DNA of 64,000 bases from an uncultured archaeon (GCA_964587725.1 CAZPLO010000003.1:1135-65134), one strand, 5' to 3'; positions 25,821 to 37,327 are shown, counted from the stretch's first letter. Numbers and translations: made by a program. The notes: a model not told the origin generated them from the letters alone.

Positions 25821-27682
25821 TTTCTCGGCGCGGTTGCTTCGTAGCCGAACATGTCGTATAACGTCATGGCGAGGTTGTTTGTTTTGCTGGCTTCACCGTG
25901 CATGATGATCGCCCTCTTGGGTCGTGGATTAATCTTTTTCGCGTACCCCAGCAGCTGCCGGCGGTCGGCGTGTCCGCTGAACCCGTCCACCGTCTTGACG
26001 CCGATGTTCACCTTCAGGCCCTTGGTGCGGCCGTTTTCTTCAATAGCGATTTCGTTCAGCCCGTTCTGTATCCTCCGCCCTAAGCTGCCTTCGGCCTGAT
26101 ATCCTACGAAGGTTATCATGTTCTTGGGGTCATCCGCCCACGCCTTGAAGTATTCTACGCTGGGGCCGCCCGTCATCATGCCTGACGTCGCCAAAACCAC
26201 GCAGGGGTCGTCGCTCTCTATTATCGCCGGCCGCTCCTTGTGCTCCACCTTCTCGAACGCGTCCACGAGGAACGGGTTGTGGCCGTTGAATATCCTGTGT
26301 TTGATGTGCTTCTTCAGATACTCCGGGTAGGAGGTGTGTATTGCCGTCGCCTCCCATATCATCCCGTCCAAATACACGGGAACGTCGAGTTCGCCGTAGC
26401 GGTACGCGTTCTCCAAAACCATCATCACCTCCTGGCTGCGGCCGACGCTGAACACCGGCACCAACACCTTCCCCCCTCTCTTAACCGTCTTCTTTATGGT
26501 GTTTATGAGGAGGCTTTCCGCGTCCCTTCTCTTAGGCTGCGCGTCGTATCTTCCGCCGTACGTCGACTCCATAATCACTGTCTCAACCCGGGGGAAGTCG
26601 TAGTTTGCCGCCTCCAATAATCGCGTGTCCCCGAACTTGAAGTCTCCAGTGTACACGAGGTTGTGTAGTCCCTCTCCCACGTGGAAGTGGCATACGCTGC
26701 TCCCCAGGATGTGGCCCGCATTGTATAACGTCAAGTGTATGTCCGGTGTGATGTCCGCCACCTCCCCGTACTCCAAGGGGATGGTGTGCTTTATCATCTC
26801 CCGCACCTCCTTACTAGTGAAGGGGAGCTCGTTCTGTCCTTTAACTCCTATTTCAACGGCGTCCAAAACCAGCAGAGCCATAAGGTCTCTGGTAGGCTCC
26901 GTGCAGTATATGGGTCCGTCGTACCCGTACTTGTACAGGTACGGTACGAAGCCGCAGTGGTCCAGGTGGGCGTGCGATATCACAACCGCATCCAACTCGC
27001 TTATCGCCAATTTCACGGCGCGGAAGTCCGGGAACCGGTTCGTGTCCTGCGCCGCAACGTTTATGCCGCAGTCTATCAGCACGTTGCTGGCGGGCGTCTG
27101 CAGCAGGACCGAAGAACGGCCGACCTGCTGTGCGCCTCCCAATGGGGTGACGCGTATCCAGTCGCATTCAGCGTCCGGTTTACGGTAAATCTTCTTCCCC
27201 ACGTTTTTGAGTATCTTCTGCCGCTCCTTCGCGTTCTCGAACAAAGTCTTCCGTATGGTTCGGACGGTGTCGGACTGCAGCGGCGGCTTCCTCAGCAGTT
27301 TTGGGTTCCAGTGGGTCGCCTTGGTTATCTCGTCGAGGGTGCTGCCGTGTTTGCCGATGACCAGGCCGAGCTTCTCCGCCTCTATCCTGACTTCCCCGAA
27401 GTATTCGTCGAATTCGATGTCTACGATGTTGGCTTCCTCTGGTATTATCTCCTCAATCATCCGCTTGGCTTCGGCAGGCTCGATGAGTGATTTGGATGTG
27501 CTTCTGACGATGACCCGCTTCTTCAGGGAGGTGGCGAGATTCCGCACTTCGTTGCTGTTCTCCACGAAATACGGCATGTCGTCTGTGTACAGTATGACCT
27601 TCGGTCCTTCCACGTCGACCTTGGCTATTTTGCCGTCGGGCGCCGTCTCCTCTACGATGCTCTGTATCTCCTTAAATTCCAT
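25796..27682 (-). CDS. Archaeal CPSF1-type beta-CASP ribonuclease (KH domains plus MBL/beta-CASP; FttA termination factor)
   Basis: 628 aa. N-terminal KH domains, HAHLDHCG metallo-beta-lactamase motif and a beta-CASP region. Confidence 0.85.
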   Translation of the reverse strand: MEFKEIQSIVEETAPDGKIAKVDVEGPKVILYTDDMPYFVENSNEVRNLATSLKKRVIVRSTSKSLIEPAEAKRMIEEIIPEEANIVDIEFDEYFGEVRIEAEKLGLVIGKHGSTLDEITKATHWNPKLLRKPPLQSDTVRTIRKTLFENAKERQKILKNVGKKIYRKPDAECDWIRVTPLGGAQQVGRSSVLLQTPASNVLIDCGINVAAQDTNRFPDFRAVKLAISELDAVVISHAHLDHCGFVPYLYKYGYDGPIYCTEPTRDLMALLVLDAVEIGVKGQNELPFTSKEVREMIKHTIPLEYGEVADITPDIHLTLYNAGHILGSSVCHFHVGEGLHNLVYTGDFKFGDTRLLEAANYDFPRVETVIMESTYGGRYDAQPKRRDAESLLINTIKKTVKRGGKVLVPVFSVGRSQEVMMVLENAYRYGELDVPVYLDGMIWEATAIHTSYPEYLKKHIKHRIFNGHNPFLVDAFEKVEHKERPAIIESDDPCVVLATSGMMTGGPSVEYFKAWADDPKNMITFVGYQAEGSLGRRIQNGLNEIAIEENGRTKGLKVNIGVKTVDGFSGHADRRQLLGYAKKINPRPKRAIIMHGEASKTNNLAMTLYDMFGYEATAPRNLDSIRLV

Positions 27683-27724
27683 TTTTCAGCTAGCAACCGT
27701 TCGTTCAGTTAGAAGTTGCTGTCT

Positions 27725-28405
27725 TTATTTTGCCACGGCCTTTTGCGTCAGGCTTTCGACTTCCTCGTCGCTGTATCTCCTGAAGCCGTCTTTGGTGATT
27801 GTGACCAGTTCCATGCCGTCTCCGGTGTACGCGTCCCTTGAAAGGGCGCTCTTCAACGCCTTCAACGCCACGGGAATGTTCTCTTCGACCGTTTTGTCTT
27901 CGCTGTACTCCATCTCCAACACGCCGTAGGCCATGGGGCTTCCGCTTCCGGTCGCGGCCATCTTCTCCTCGATGAGTCCGCCTATGGGGTCGAGCGTGTA
28001 CAGCCTGGACTCGCCCTTCAGGTGGCCGCCTATGAGCAGCTGCACCAGGTAGGGGAATATCTTGTTGCCCTGCAGTATGTTCGAGAGCAGGACGCTCACG
28101 GCCTTGGGGTTCATTTTTTCGCCGTTGTTCATCTCGTACAGCTTGGCTTCGGCCTGAATCAGTCTCATCAGGCTTTCAGCGTCTCCCACGCTGCCCGCCA
28201 CCGTTGCCCCCACGTAGTCGTTTACGTTGAAGCTCTTCTGCGCCCTCTTGCTGGCTATGAAGCCTCCCATGCTCGCCCGCCTGTCGGTGGCGAACACTAT
28301 CCCGTCACTGCACGTTAACCCGATGGTCGTAGTGCCCTTCAAAGTCTTAGATTCCAAAGAAACCGCCTCCAGTAGAAAAAAGGCTTTTCTAAAATTCTTG
28401 TACAT
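27725..28405 (-). CDS. psmB: Proteasome beta subunit
   Basis: TTTIGLTCSDGIVFATDRRASMG (propeptide followed by the catalytic Thr). Confidence 0.85.
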   Translation of the reverse strand: MYKNFRKAFFLLEAVSLESKTLKGTTTIGLTCSDGIVFATDRRASMGGFIASKRAQKSFNVNDYVGATVAGSVGDAESLMRLIQAEAKLYEMNNGEKMNPKAVSVLLSNILQGNKIFPYLVQLLIGGHLKGESRLYTLDPIGGLIEEKMAATGSGSPMAYGVLEMEYSEDKTVEENIPVALKALKSALSRDAYTGDGMELVTITKDGFRRYSDEEVESLTQKAVAK

Positions 28406-28529
28406 CTATATGTCAGCCATCCTTTAAAAGCTTGCGGTAGTGTAACGGAAAGCTAAGGCGGCTCAAATAGACAAAATTGTATCTTTCATGTAAAAAATCA
28501 AGGAAAGATAAACATTTGTCTATCTTTCC

Positions 28530-28829
28530 TCATATCTTGCATTCCTTGGGTTTCCTGCTGAACACGTTCCTGGTCATGCACACGAGCCAGTTCCAGTGCA
28601 GTATGAAGTGAACCAGCATCAAAGCAACCATCAGTATGCCGGTCCAGTTGTGTACGCTGGTCCACACCGTCTTCTGCACACCCACGAACTCCTGCAGCCC
28701 GCCCTGACGCACACCCTCGGGCATGAACAGGAAAACCGCCAATCCGGTCACGGCCACGACTACCAGGCACACGGCCAGCAGCACGTCCACCACGTAGTTC
28801 ACGTTCGTCATCTTCACTTCCACAGCCAC
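28530..28829 (-). CDS. Small two-TM membrane protein (DUF4405-like, His-rich HxW..LHWNW)
   Basis: ORF track; hydropathy. Confidence 0.35.
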   Translation of the reverse strand: MAVEVKMTNVNYVVDVLLAVCLVVVAVTGLAVFLFMPEGVRQGGLQEFVGVQKTVWTSVHNWTGILMVALMLVHFILHWNWLVCMTRNVFSRKPKECKI

Positions 28830-29662
28830 CCCAGCAGCCCCTTGCTGTTCTTCTCCTCTTGGGCCAGCTGCCGCAGCCGGTTCTGTTCCTGCTGGAGGTT
28901 CTGCATCTGTTCCTGCAGCGCCTCCTTCACTCCCTCGCTGCAGTCGCAGGAGTCCTTAAGCTGGTTGAGTTCCAGCAGCCGCTCCTGATTCTGCTCAACC
29001 TCCTCTTCTATATCGTCGGCGGCTTCGTCGTCGCCTCCGAAGAAAAACCGTGTGAGGCCGCCCCTCTTCTCAATCTTCTTCTCCGCATGTATGGTCTTCT
29101 GCACGGAGTTGTTGAACTTCCTCGCTATTTCTGAGATGTTTCGGCCTATGCCGCCTGTGAGGTTGTCCACCGCCAGCATGGCGTGAACCGCCTCCCTCAC
29201 CCTGTTCTGGTTGCGGTAGACCTTCCGGTCGTCTTCGCTCATGTTCTCGAGCTCCTGTTCCATAACCTGCTTTCTCTCCCGTATCATCTGCTTCAGATGG
29301 GTGAGGTTCGCGGCGTTCAACCCCGGACCCACGCCTTGTCCCTCGCCGGTGCCGATTCCCAGACCCCTGCCGGTCTGGTTTCCGCTGAGGCCGGGCGCGG
29401 TCTCCCATCCAGGGGACTCGTTGCCTGTCCTGTTCCCTGCAAGTCCGGGAGCGTTCTCTCGGCCGCTACTGTTCTGCAGCCCCGGCGCGCCTTCACGGCC
29501 GAGCCCATTCAGGCCGCCGTCCACGGCACCCCGGCCGTTCCCCTGCCCTGTCTGCACGCTGCCGTCGCCGGGGTTCTGAAGGTTCCCCAGGCCGGCCGCG
29601 TACGCGGTTGAAGCGGTTAAAGCCAACACCACGAAAACCGCCGAAGCCTTCGAATAATCCAT
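28814..29662 (-). CDS. Secreted protein with Gly/Pro/Asn-rich 13-aa repeats bearing N-glycosylation sequons, plus C-terminal coiled coil
   Basis: Signal peptide, then repeats GREGAPGLQNSSGRENAPGLAGNRTGNESPGWETAPGLSGNQTG. There are at least 9 NxS/T sequons. Q/E-rich coiled C-terminus. Confidence 0.4.
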   Translation of the reverse strand: MDYSKASAVFVVLALTASTAYAAGLGNLQNPGDGSVQTGQGNGRGAVDGGLNGLGREGAPGLQNSSGRENAPGLAGNRTGNESPGWETAPGLSGNQTGRGLGIGTGEGQGVGPGLNAANLTHLKQMIRERKQVMEQELENMSEDDRKVYRNQNRVREAVHAMLAVDNLTGGIGRNISEIARKFNNSVQKTIHAEKKIEKRGGLTRFFFGGDDEAADDIEEEVEQNQERLLELNQLKDSCDCSEGVKEALQEQMQNLQQEQNRLRQLAQEEKNSKGLLGWLWK

Positions 29663-29680
29663 GTTACATCCTACTATCTA

Positions 29681-30238
29681 CTAGATTAAAAGCGTCAGGA
29701 CGCCGGTGAGGATGAACAATATCCCCCCGGCATTGGATACCGTGTTCCGGTCGACTTTCTCGGAAACCCAGCCGCCTAGGTAAACCGCCGCCGCCGACAG
29801 CACGCCTAAACCCAGCAGCGAGCCTGCTAGGACCGCCGTCGGCTCGTATCTGGTGGCCAGCAATGCGGCCGTCAGCTGGGTTTTGTCACCCCATTCGGTC
29901 AGAGATATCAACGCGAACCCGGACAGGAACGTGTTCCGCCGCAGACTGGCTCCCGTTCCCTCCTCTCCTCTGCCGCGCAGAATCAGCAGTCCGAATAATA
30001 TGAACAGGAGAGAAGCAGCGGCCTTCAATATGTTCTCAGGAAGCACGGTGGTCATCCAGGCGCCGAACAGCACGGCGGCTCCGTCCACGAGAAGGAAGCC
30101 GGCCATCACACCCAGCAACAGCCGCAGCCGGCTTTTGGTATTGGACGCCAGCAGTATCACGGCCAGCTGGGTTTTGTCGCCGAGCTCCGCCAACCCCACC
30201 AGAGTCAGCGAGGCCAGCACACCCTCTAAGGCCGCCAT
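29681..30238 (-). CDS. GDT1/TMEM165 (UPF0016) family cation (Ca2+/Mn2+):H+ antiporter
   Basis: Duplicated E-x-G-D-K-T motifs (ELGDKTQ, EWGDKTQ). Confidence 0.75.
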   Translation of the reverse strand: MAALEGVLASLTLVGLAELGDKTQLAVILLASNTKSRLRLLLGVMAGFLLVDGAAVLFGAWMTTVLPENILKAAASLLFILFGLLILRGRGEEGTGASLRRNTFLSGFALISLTEWGDKTQLTAALLATRYEPTAVLAGSLLGLGVLSAAAVYLGGWVSEKVDRNTVSNAGGILFILTGVLTLLI

Positions 30239-30291
30239 GGTATTACTCCGTCAGACGTCTTTAATAACGTCGGTTCACACTCAATAACAGC

Positions 30292-31356
30292 ATGTCTCGC
30301 CCCCCCAAGAAGCGGTCTAAGAAGGCGGGGTTGCCGCCAGGCTCTCCCGTGCACATCGGAGAGAAGCGTTCTGAAAGGGTTAAGATAACCGTCATAGACT
30401 ACGACGACAAAAAACACACGGAGAAGGTCGTGGGGAAGGTCGAGGACTGCTTCCCCTTCAAGGACAAGCCCACCGTCACCTGGATTAACGTCGACGGCAT
30501 ACACGACATAAACGTGATAGAGGGGGTTGGTGCGCACTTTGGGCTTCACCCGCTGCTGATAGAGGACCTGGTGAACACCGACCAGCGGCCGAAGATGGAG
30601 GACTTCGACGAATACCTGTTCATCGTGTTGAAGATGCTGACGTGCTGCGACAAAGGCAACCTCATAAGCGCGGAGCAGGTCAGCCTCGTGCTGGGTCCGA
30701 ACTTCGTCATCAGCTTTCAGGAGAAGGAGGGTGACGTATTCGACCCCGTCCGCAGCAGGATACGGGAGGGTAAGGGGAAGAGCAGGAAGGGGGGCGCCGA
30801 CTACATCGCCTACTCGCTCATAGACGCGGTAGTCGACAACTACTTCGGCATAATAGAGGATTTGGGGGAGAAGATTGAGTCATTGGAGGAGAAGATTGTC
30901 GCAGACCCGTCGCCGAACACACTCCGTAAAATACACGCTCTGAAGGGGGAGATGATTTTCCTCCGGAGGAGCGTTTACCCCCTCCGTGAAGTCGTCAGTT
31001 CCCTGGAGAGAACGGAGAGCCAGCTGGTGAGGAAGTCCACTAAAATCTACCTCCGCGACGTATACGACCACACCATACAGGTCATCGACATGATTGAGAC
31101 GTTCCGGGACATGATGTCGAGCATGATAGACATCTACATGTCCAGCATCAGCAACCGGATGAACGAGGTCATGAAGGTGCTGACGGTCATCGCAACCGTA
31201 TTTATCCCGTTGACGTACATCACCGGCTGGTACGGGATGAACTTCCGCTACATGCCCGAACTCGAACATCCGTGGGGGTACCCTGCCGTCATACTGATAA
31301 TGGTGGCTTTGGCGGCGGTGATGTTCCTGTACTTTAAGAGGAAGAAGTGGATTTAG
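30292..31356 (+). CDS. corA: Magnesium/cobalt transporter CorA
   Basis: YGMNF signature and two C-terminal TM helices. 354 aa. Confidence 0.85.
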   Translation: MSRPPKKRSKKAGLPPGSPVHIGEKRSERVKITVIDYDDKKHTEKVVGKVEDCFPFKDKPTVTWINVDGIHDINVIEGVGAHFGLHPLLIEDLVNTDQRPKMEDFDEYLFIVLKMLTCCDKGNLISAEQVSLVLGPNFVISFQEKEGDVFDPVRSRIREGKGKSRKGGADYIAYSLIDAVVDNYFGIIEDLGEKIESLEEKIVADPSPNTLRKIHALKGEMIFLRRSVYPLREVVSSLERTESQLVRKSTKIYLRDVYDHTIQVIDMIETFRDMMSSMIDIYMSSISNRMNEVMKVLTVIATVFIPLTYITGWYGMNFRYMPELEHPWGYPAVILIMVALAAVMFLYFKRKKWI

Positions 31357-31694
31357 CCGCAGACGCAGCCGGGGGTTATCCCGCAGCACTGGGTGTTCGA
31401 TACCGTGAATTTGCAAGTCAGCCCGCCGTCGCACGCCGCCTCCGCGCACGCCTTCGGGCTGGGGTTCTTCACCGAGTAACACGACACCCTCTCCACGGTC
31501 GTCGTCGTGGAAGTTGACGACGTCGTTGTGCTGGTGGAGGTTGTTGGCGTCGTCGTTGTCGTAGTGGATGTTGACGCGGCCGCCGTCGTGCTAGTGGTTG
31601 ACGTCGTCAGCGTAGTCGTCGTTTCCTCAACGGTTTCATGCACGCACACGCAACCGCATAGTGCCGCCGCCACCAGCACCAGAACTCTTTTCAT
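31353..31694 (-). CDS. Secreted lipoprotein-like protein with Thr-rich linker and small Cys-knot C-terminal domain
   Basis: LVAAALCGC lipobox-like leader, about 50 aa of poly-T/S, then an 11-Cys 45-aa domain. Confidence 0.4.
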   Translation of the reverse strand: MKRVLVLVAAALCGCVCVHETVEETTTTLTTSTTSTTAAASTSTTTTTTPTTSTSTTTSSTSTTTTVERVSCYSVKNPSPKACAEAACDGGLTCKFTVSNTQCCGITPGCVCG

Positions 31695-32758
31695 CCCCCG
31701 CTCCTCTGCCTCTTCAGTTCGTCGTAGAATTCGTCCGGCTTGTCCTCAGCCAACGGTATTAGTTCGTCCGCCGTAAGGGAGAGCTTGTACCTGCTCCCCT
31801 GTTTGGTGCCCCGGGCCTTCAGCTCCTTCTCCACCCGCGGCGTCACAATGTTGCGGTAGGTGTTCCATTCGGGAGCCAGCTTTATTTCGAGGCCGCAGTC
31901 TTTGGACATCCGCTGTATCAACACGTAGGGGCTGAGGTGCTCGAGGAAGTCCGCAACTAGTTTGACGTACTGTCTGAAGCCGAGGCTCTTGTACTGTCCG
32001 GTCCTCCACATCTCCGCCAGCCGGGTGTCCTTCATCACCACCAGCGGGTAAATCTTCACCGCGTCGACTCCGATGGCGGAGATCATCCGGGCGGTCTCCA
32101 TCATCTCGTCATGGGTCTCCCACGGCATACCCAGTATTATGAAAGCGAGCAACGGGATGTCCCTCGCATGGCATTCATCCACCGCACGTATCAGCTCCGC
32201 CACCCCGTGCTGCCGGTTGGTTTCGCGGAGGGTGTGCTGGTGCATGGTCTGCTGCCCCGCCTCCACCCACACCTCATACCCTGATTCACGGTATTCTCCG
32301 AGGAGGTCCAGCACCTCGTCCGGCAGGCAGTCCGGCCGCGTCCCCACGGTGAACCCTATGACGTCTTCGTGGGCGTTCACTGTTTCGTCGAATATCTGCC
32401 GCAGCCGGTCCAACGGCGCGTACGTGTTGGTGCCGAAGGCTATGTAGACGAGGCCCTTCTCGCCGGCGCCTTTTTCCTGGTAGTGCTGCACCTGCGTTTT
32501 TATCTGTTCAGTGAACCCCTTGTCTATGACCTCCCGGAAGCTCTGGTACGTGAACTGCTTCGCGTGGCTGGGGCAGAACACGCACCCGTCTTCGCTGAGG
32601 CGACCGTCCCAGTTGGGGCACACGAACCGCGCGTTCAACGGCACCTTGAAAATCTTGTATCCGTGTATCCTCCTCTCGTACATGCCGTAAGCCGAATACA
32701 GGCGGCTTTCGTCGTAGAGTGCGTCAACAGCCTTCCGGTCCACTATCTGCTTTATCAT
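31691..32758 (-). CDS. Radical SAM protein, TIGR01212-like (CPNWDG...CVFC cluster motif)
   Basis: FVCPNWDGRLSEDGCVFC. Confidence 0.6.
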   Translation of the reverse strand: MIKQIVDRKAVDALYDESRLYSAYGMYERRIHGYKIFKVPLNARFVCPNWDGRLSEDGCVFCPSHAKQFTYQSFREVIDKGFTEQIKTQVQHYQEKGAGEKGLVYIAFGTNTYAPLDRLRQIFDETVNAHEDVIGFTVGTRPDCLPDEVLDLLGEYRESGYEVWVEAGQQTMHQHTLRETNRQHGVAELIRAVDECHARDIPLLAFIILGMPWETHDEMMETARMISAIGVDAVKIYPLVVMKDTRLAEMWRTGQYKSLGFRQYVKLVADFLEHLSPYVLIQRMSKDCGLEIKLAPEWNTYRNIVTPRVEKELKARGTKQGSRYKLSLTADELIPLAEDKPDEFYDELKRQRSGG

Positions 32759-32786
32759 ACTGCATACCCTACTACAGAATCAGGCC

Positions 32787-33452
32787 TTATAATTCCTTGG
32801 TCCAGCCGACGCCCCCTTCCTCGGTCGCGTTCGGGTGTTTCTCCCGTATTTCAAGCCGGTGCTGGGTGCAGTGCGTCGGCACAATCAGTTTCAGGCCGTC
32901 GAGTGCGCGGTAGTCGTCGAAGCCGTGCAGGCCGCCCACGAGGCCGTACAGTCTGCCTCGTTCGCGGGCCGCTTCGAGTATCTGTCCGACCCCCGAATGC
33001 GAGCACCCGGTCAACGCAACCACTCCCTCCTTGGTTTCCAATGCGAGGCTCTGTTCCATGATAACTCCCTTGTATTCTCCCGCCAGTTCGCCGGTCGAGT
33101 ATGCGTTGTCGGATACTTTCACCGGCCCGCCGACTTCCACCAGTTCCGCGTGCCTGCCTATCTCACCCTTCAAGTGGTCGCTGAAGGATTTCGGCGCATA
33201 CACCCTCACATCTGCGTTGTTGAGCACGCAGGTGAGTCCGCCGGTGTGGTCCCAGTGGTCGTGGCTGAGGACGACGGCGTCTACTTCACTGATGTCTTTG
33301 CCGAGCGCCCGCATGTTGTGGAGTAGGTCGCTGCCCTTCCACCCCGTGTCGAAGAGAATATTTTCCCCGGCCTCTATGAGGCAGCTGAAGCCCCAGCCCT
33401 CTCGCAACCCATCCTTCAATACGGTGTTGTCGTAGACGATGGTCAGCTTCAT
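32787..33452 (-). CDS. Metallo-beta-lactamase-fold hydrolase
   Basis: LSHDHWDHTGG (HxHxDH). Confidence 0.65.
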   Translation of the reverse strand: MKLTIVYDNTVLKDGLREGWGFSCLIEAGENILFDTGWKGSDLLHNMRALGKDISEVDAVVLSHDHWDHTGGLTCVLNNADVRVYAPKSFSDHLKGEIGRHAELVEVGGPVKVSDNAYSTGELAGEYKGVIMEQSLALETKEGVVALTGCSHSGVGQILEAARERGRLYGLVGGLHGFDDYRALDGLKLIVPTHCTQHRLEIREKHPNATEEGGVGWTKEL

Positions 33453-33503
33453 GTTCTTCTATTGTGTTTTGGTTTTTAAACCCTGGCTTCTGTTACGTAT
33501 CTG

Positions 33504-34034
33504 ATGAAGACGCTGGAGTCTGTCGAGGGAAAGGATGTCGTGGACGGCGCCGGCGAGAAAATGGGTGTCGCGGGCGGCATAGACGTGGATTTGGGCGACT
33601 ACGATTTGTTCCTCCGCGTGACCGGCGACAAAATCAAGTCGGTGCGGGGCCGGGAGACGGAGTTCTTGGAGTTGAAGGAGATAGACTACATAGACGACGT
33701 CATACACCTGTACAAGGACCTCGCATCATTGGAGCCGGAGATTGTGAAAACCCACATGGCGGAGGAGAAAACCTATCGTTCATCGGAGTTCATAGGCAAG
33801 GACATCACGTCATCCGACTCCATGGTGTTCGGCAAGATAACGGACGTGGTGTTCAGCGAAGACTTCAACGAGGCCTTCCTGGTGGTGGAAGGCCCCAAGG
33901 TGAAGGAGATACGCGGCAACGACCGCGAAGTACTGTCTCTGCTGATGTTCATCGACGTGGACAAGACCGTCCACCTCATACACGACTACGAAACCATATC
34001 TGGAAGACTACAGGAAAAGGCCGATAAAAGATAA
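33504..34034 (+). CDS. Tandem PRC-barrel domain protein
   Basis: Two repeats matching the PRC-barrel pattern. Confidence 0.45.
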   Translation: MKTLESVEGKDVVDGAGEKMGVAGGIDVDLGDYDLFLRVTGDKIKSVRGRETEFLELKEIDYIDDVIHLYKDLASLEPEIVKTHMAEEKTYRSSEFIGKDITSSDSMVFGKITDVVFSEDFNEAFLVVEGPKVKEIRGNDREVLSLLMFIDVDKTVHLIHDYETISGRLQEKADKR

Positions 34035-34089
34035 ACTACTCTTTATTGAGTAAATCATCATTTTTAAGTATGCCCGTTTAATATCTTCG

Positions 34090-35165
<1,076 letters not shown>

Positions 35166-35177
35166 GTGAATGTGAAA

Positions 35178-35626
35178 TGGCTAGGATAAGAATTGGGTTC
35201 GTGGTGGGGGAGTTCAACGCCGACATCACGCAGCTCATGATGGAGCGCGCGAAAGCGCACGCGGAGTTCCTCGAATGCGACGTCACCCACATAGTGAGGG
35301 TGCCGGGCGCATTCGACACCCCCTTGGCGGTTAAGAAGATGCTTGAACGAAGCGACGTGGACGCGGCCGTGGCCCTCGGGGCCGTGATAGAGGGGGACAC
35401 AGAACACGACCAGGTGGTGGCCCAGCACGCGGCGAGGAAGGTCATGGACTTGGCGCTGGAGTACGGGAAGCCGGTGGGCCTAGGCATATCCGGGCCGGGC
35501 ATGAGCCGGGCGCAGGGTCAGGCACGCATAGACGACTACGCCCGCAGGAGCGTCGAAGCCGCAGTTAAGCTGGTGAAGCGTATGCGGGTTCTCTCTAAGA
35601 AGGATGCGCCGGTGATGATAGGGTGA
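35178..35626 (+). CDS. ribH: 6,7-dimethyl-8-ribityllumazine synthase
   Basis: IRIGFVVGEFNADIT...VPGAFDTP. The track ORF (34886..35626) over-extends the start; ATG at 35178. Confidence 0.8.
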
Positions 35627-36192
35627 ACGTCTCCGAAGAGGCGTCCCTCCCGTCGGAATACGGGACGTTCAATGTGAGGGCGTTCCGGGACGGCGAAGGC
35701 AGGGAGCACCTCGCAGTCTACAAGAATCTCGGCGGCGAGAAGGTGCCTGTGCGCATACACAGCCAGTGCCTCACCGGAGACACGCTCGGGTCGCTGAAGT
35801 GCGACTGCCGTGAACAACTGGTGGGCGCCCTCCGCCGCATCGAAGGGGAGGGGAGGGGAGTCGTAGTCTACCTGGAGCAGGAGGGCCGCGGCATAGGTTT
35901 GTTCAACAAAATCAACGCCTACTGCCTCCAAGACAACGGCTGCGACACCGTCGAAGCCAACAACCGGCTGGGTTTCCCCACCGACGCCCGCGACTACCGC
36001 GTGGCGGCGGAGATACTGGATTACTTCAATGTGAAGTCGGTTGCGCTGCTCACCAACAACCCCGACAAAATCAGGGGCCTGGAGGAGTCCGGCATCAACG
36101 TGGTGGAGCGCATTCCGTTGACGGTGGAGCCGGGCGAATTCAACCGCAAGTATTTGGAGACGAAGCGGGAGAAGATGAACCACCTCCTATAG
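35623..36192 (+). CDS. ribA: GTP cyclohydrolase II
   Basis: Zn-binding CxxC..C and the RxxxxxE/GRGIGL region (RIHSQCLTGD...CDCREQ). Confidence 0.8.
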   Translation: MNVSEEASLPSEYGTFNVRAFRDGEGREHLAVYKNLGGEKVPVRIHSQCLTGDTLGSLKCDCREQLVGALRRIEGEGRGVVVYLEQEGRGIGLFNKINAYCLQDNGCDTVEANNRLGFPTDARDYRVAAEILDYFNVKSVALLTNNPDKIRGLEESGINVVERIPLTVEPGEFNRKYLETKREKMNHLL

Positions 36193-36223
36193 ACGGCAGC
36201 ATGCTGCTGCCGTATATGTCGAA

Positions 36224-37327
36224 TTGCGCCAAAACAAAGAGATGAAGACGAAAAAACCGGGTGAAAACGCAATCCGCCACATGAAAGACGAGGATTATAT
36301 GCGGAGGGCGCTGCAGATGTCGCTGAAGGGCAGTCCGTCCCCCAACCCGTACGTCGGCGCCGTAGTGGTCAAGGACGGCAGGATTGTGGGTGAAGGCTAT
36401 CACAGGCGTGTCGGTGAACCGCATGCGGAGGTTGAGGCATTGAAGGACGTCAACGGGTTAGGCACTACACTGTATGTGACTCTTGAACCCTGCAGCCACC
36501 ACGGCAGAACCCCCCCGTGCACGCAGGCGATAATAGACGCGGGCGTGTCCGAGGTCGTGTATGCGGTCGAAGACCCCACGGACAAGGTGAAGGGCCGTGA
36601 GGTGTTGGGGGCAGAGGGCGTGGAGGTAAGGTCAGGTGTATTGAAGGAGGAGTGTGAGAAAGCGAATGAAGTGTTTATGAAATACTCGAAGACGGGGAGG
36701 CCGTTTGTCGTGCTGAAGGCTGCTGTGTCGTTGGACGGGCAGATTGCCTCGAAGACAGGAGACAGCAGGTGGATTACGTCCGGGGAGTCCAGGGAAATAG
36801 TGCATGAACTCCGCGGCAGATACGATGCAGTCCTCGTTGGAGTAGGCACCGTGTTGAAAGACAATCCGCAGCTCACGTGCAGGACCGGCGGAAGGGATCC
36901 ACTCCGCATAGTATTGGACAGCGGACTCAGAACTCCACTGGACGCGAACGTCCTGGCGGACGACAACGTCTTGATGGTGACAACCAAAAAGGCTGGTGAA
37001 AAGGTGGAGGAATATGGGGGAAAAGCCGAGGTCGTTGTGGCGGGGGAGGATACGGTAGATCTGAAGGCATTGCTATCAGTCCTAGCCGAACGCAATATCA
37101 CCTCCGTCCTCGTCGAGGGCGGTTCGCAGGTGAACTACAGTTTCGCTAAGGCGGGGCTGGTGGACAAGTACGTGTTCTTCACCGCCCCGAAGCTTCTGTT
37201 GGGTTGCAACACGCCGGTGTTCGGGGGCGAGGGCGTAAACGCCCTCGCAGACGCGTTGAACCTTCGTTTTGACTCTGTGAAGCGGGTCGGCTCGGACGTC
37301 ATGTTGGAAGCATACCCTCTTAAATAA
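36224..37327 (+). CDS. ribD: Bifunctional riboflavin deaminase/reductase
   Basis: CMP/dCMP-type deaminase motifs HAEVEAL and PCSHHGRTPPC, followed by a RibG-like reductase domain. Confidence 0.8.
   Translation: MRQNKEMKTKKPGENAIRHMKDEDYMRRALQMSLKGSPSPNPYVGAVVVKDGRIVGEGYHRRVGEPHAEVEALKDVNGLGTTLYVTLEPCSHHGRTPPCTQAIIDAGVSEVVYAVEDPTDKVKGREVLGAEGVEVRSGVLKEECEKANEVFMKYSKTGRPFVVLKAAVSLDGQIASKTGDSRWITSGESREIVHELRGRYDAVLVGVGTVLKDNPQLTCRTGGRDPLRIVLDSGLRTPLDANVLADDNVLMVTTKKAGEKVEEYGGKAEVVVAGEDTVDLKALLSVLAERNITSVLVEGGSQVNYSFAKAGLVDKYVFFTAPKLLLGCNTPVFGGEGVNALADALNLRFDSVKRVGSDVMLEAYPLK

Noticed and set aside
26735-27490. 251-aa plus-strand ORF, plus others such as 26240..26620 and 26625..27188
   Set aside because: Antisense or off-frame within the aCPSF1 gene.
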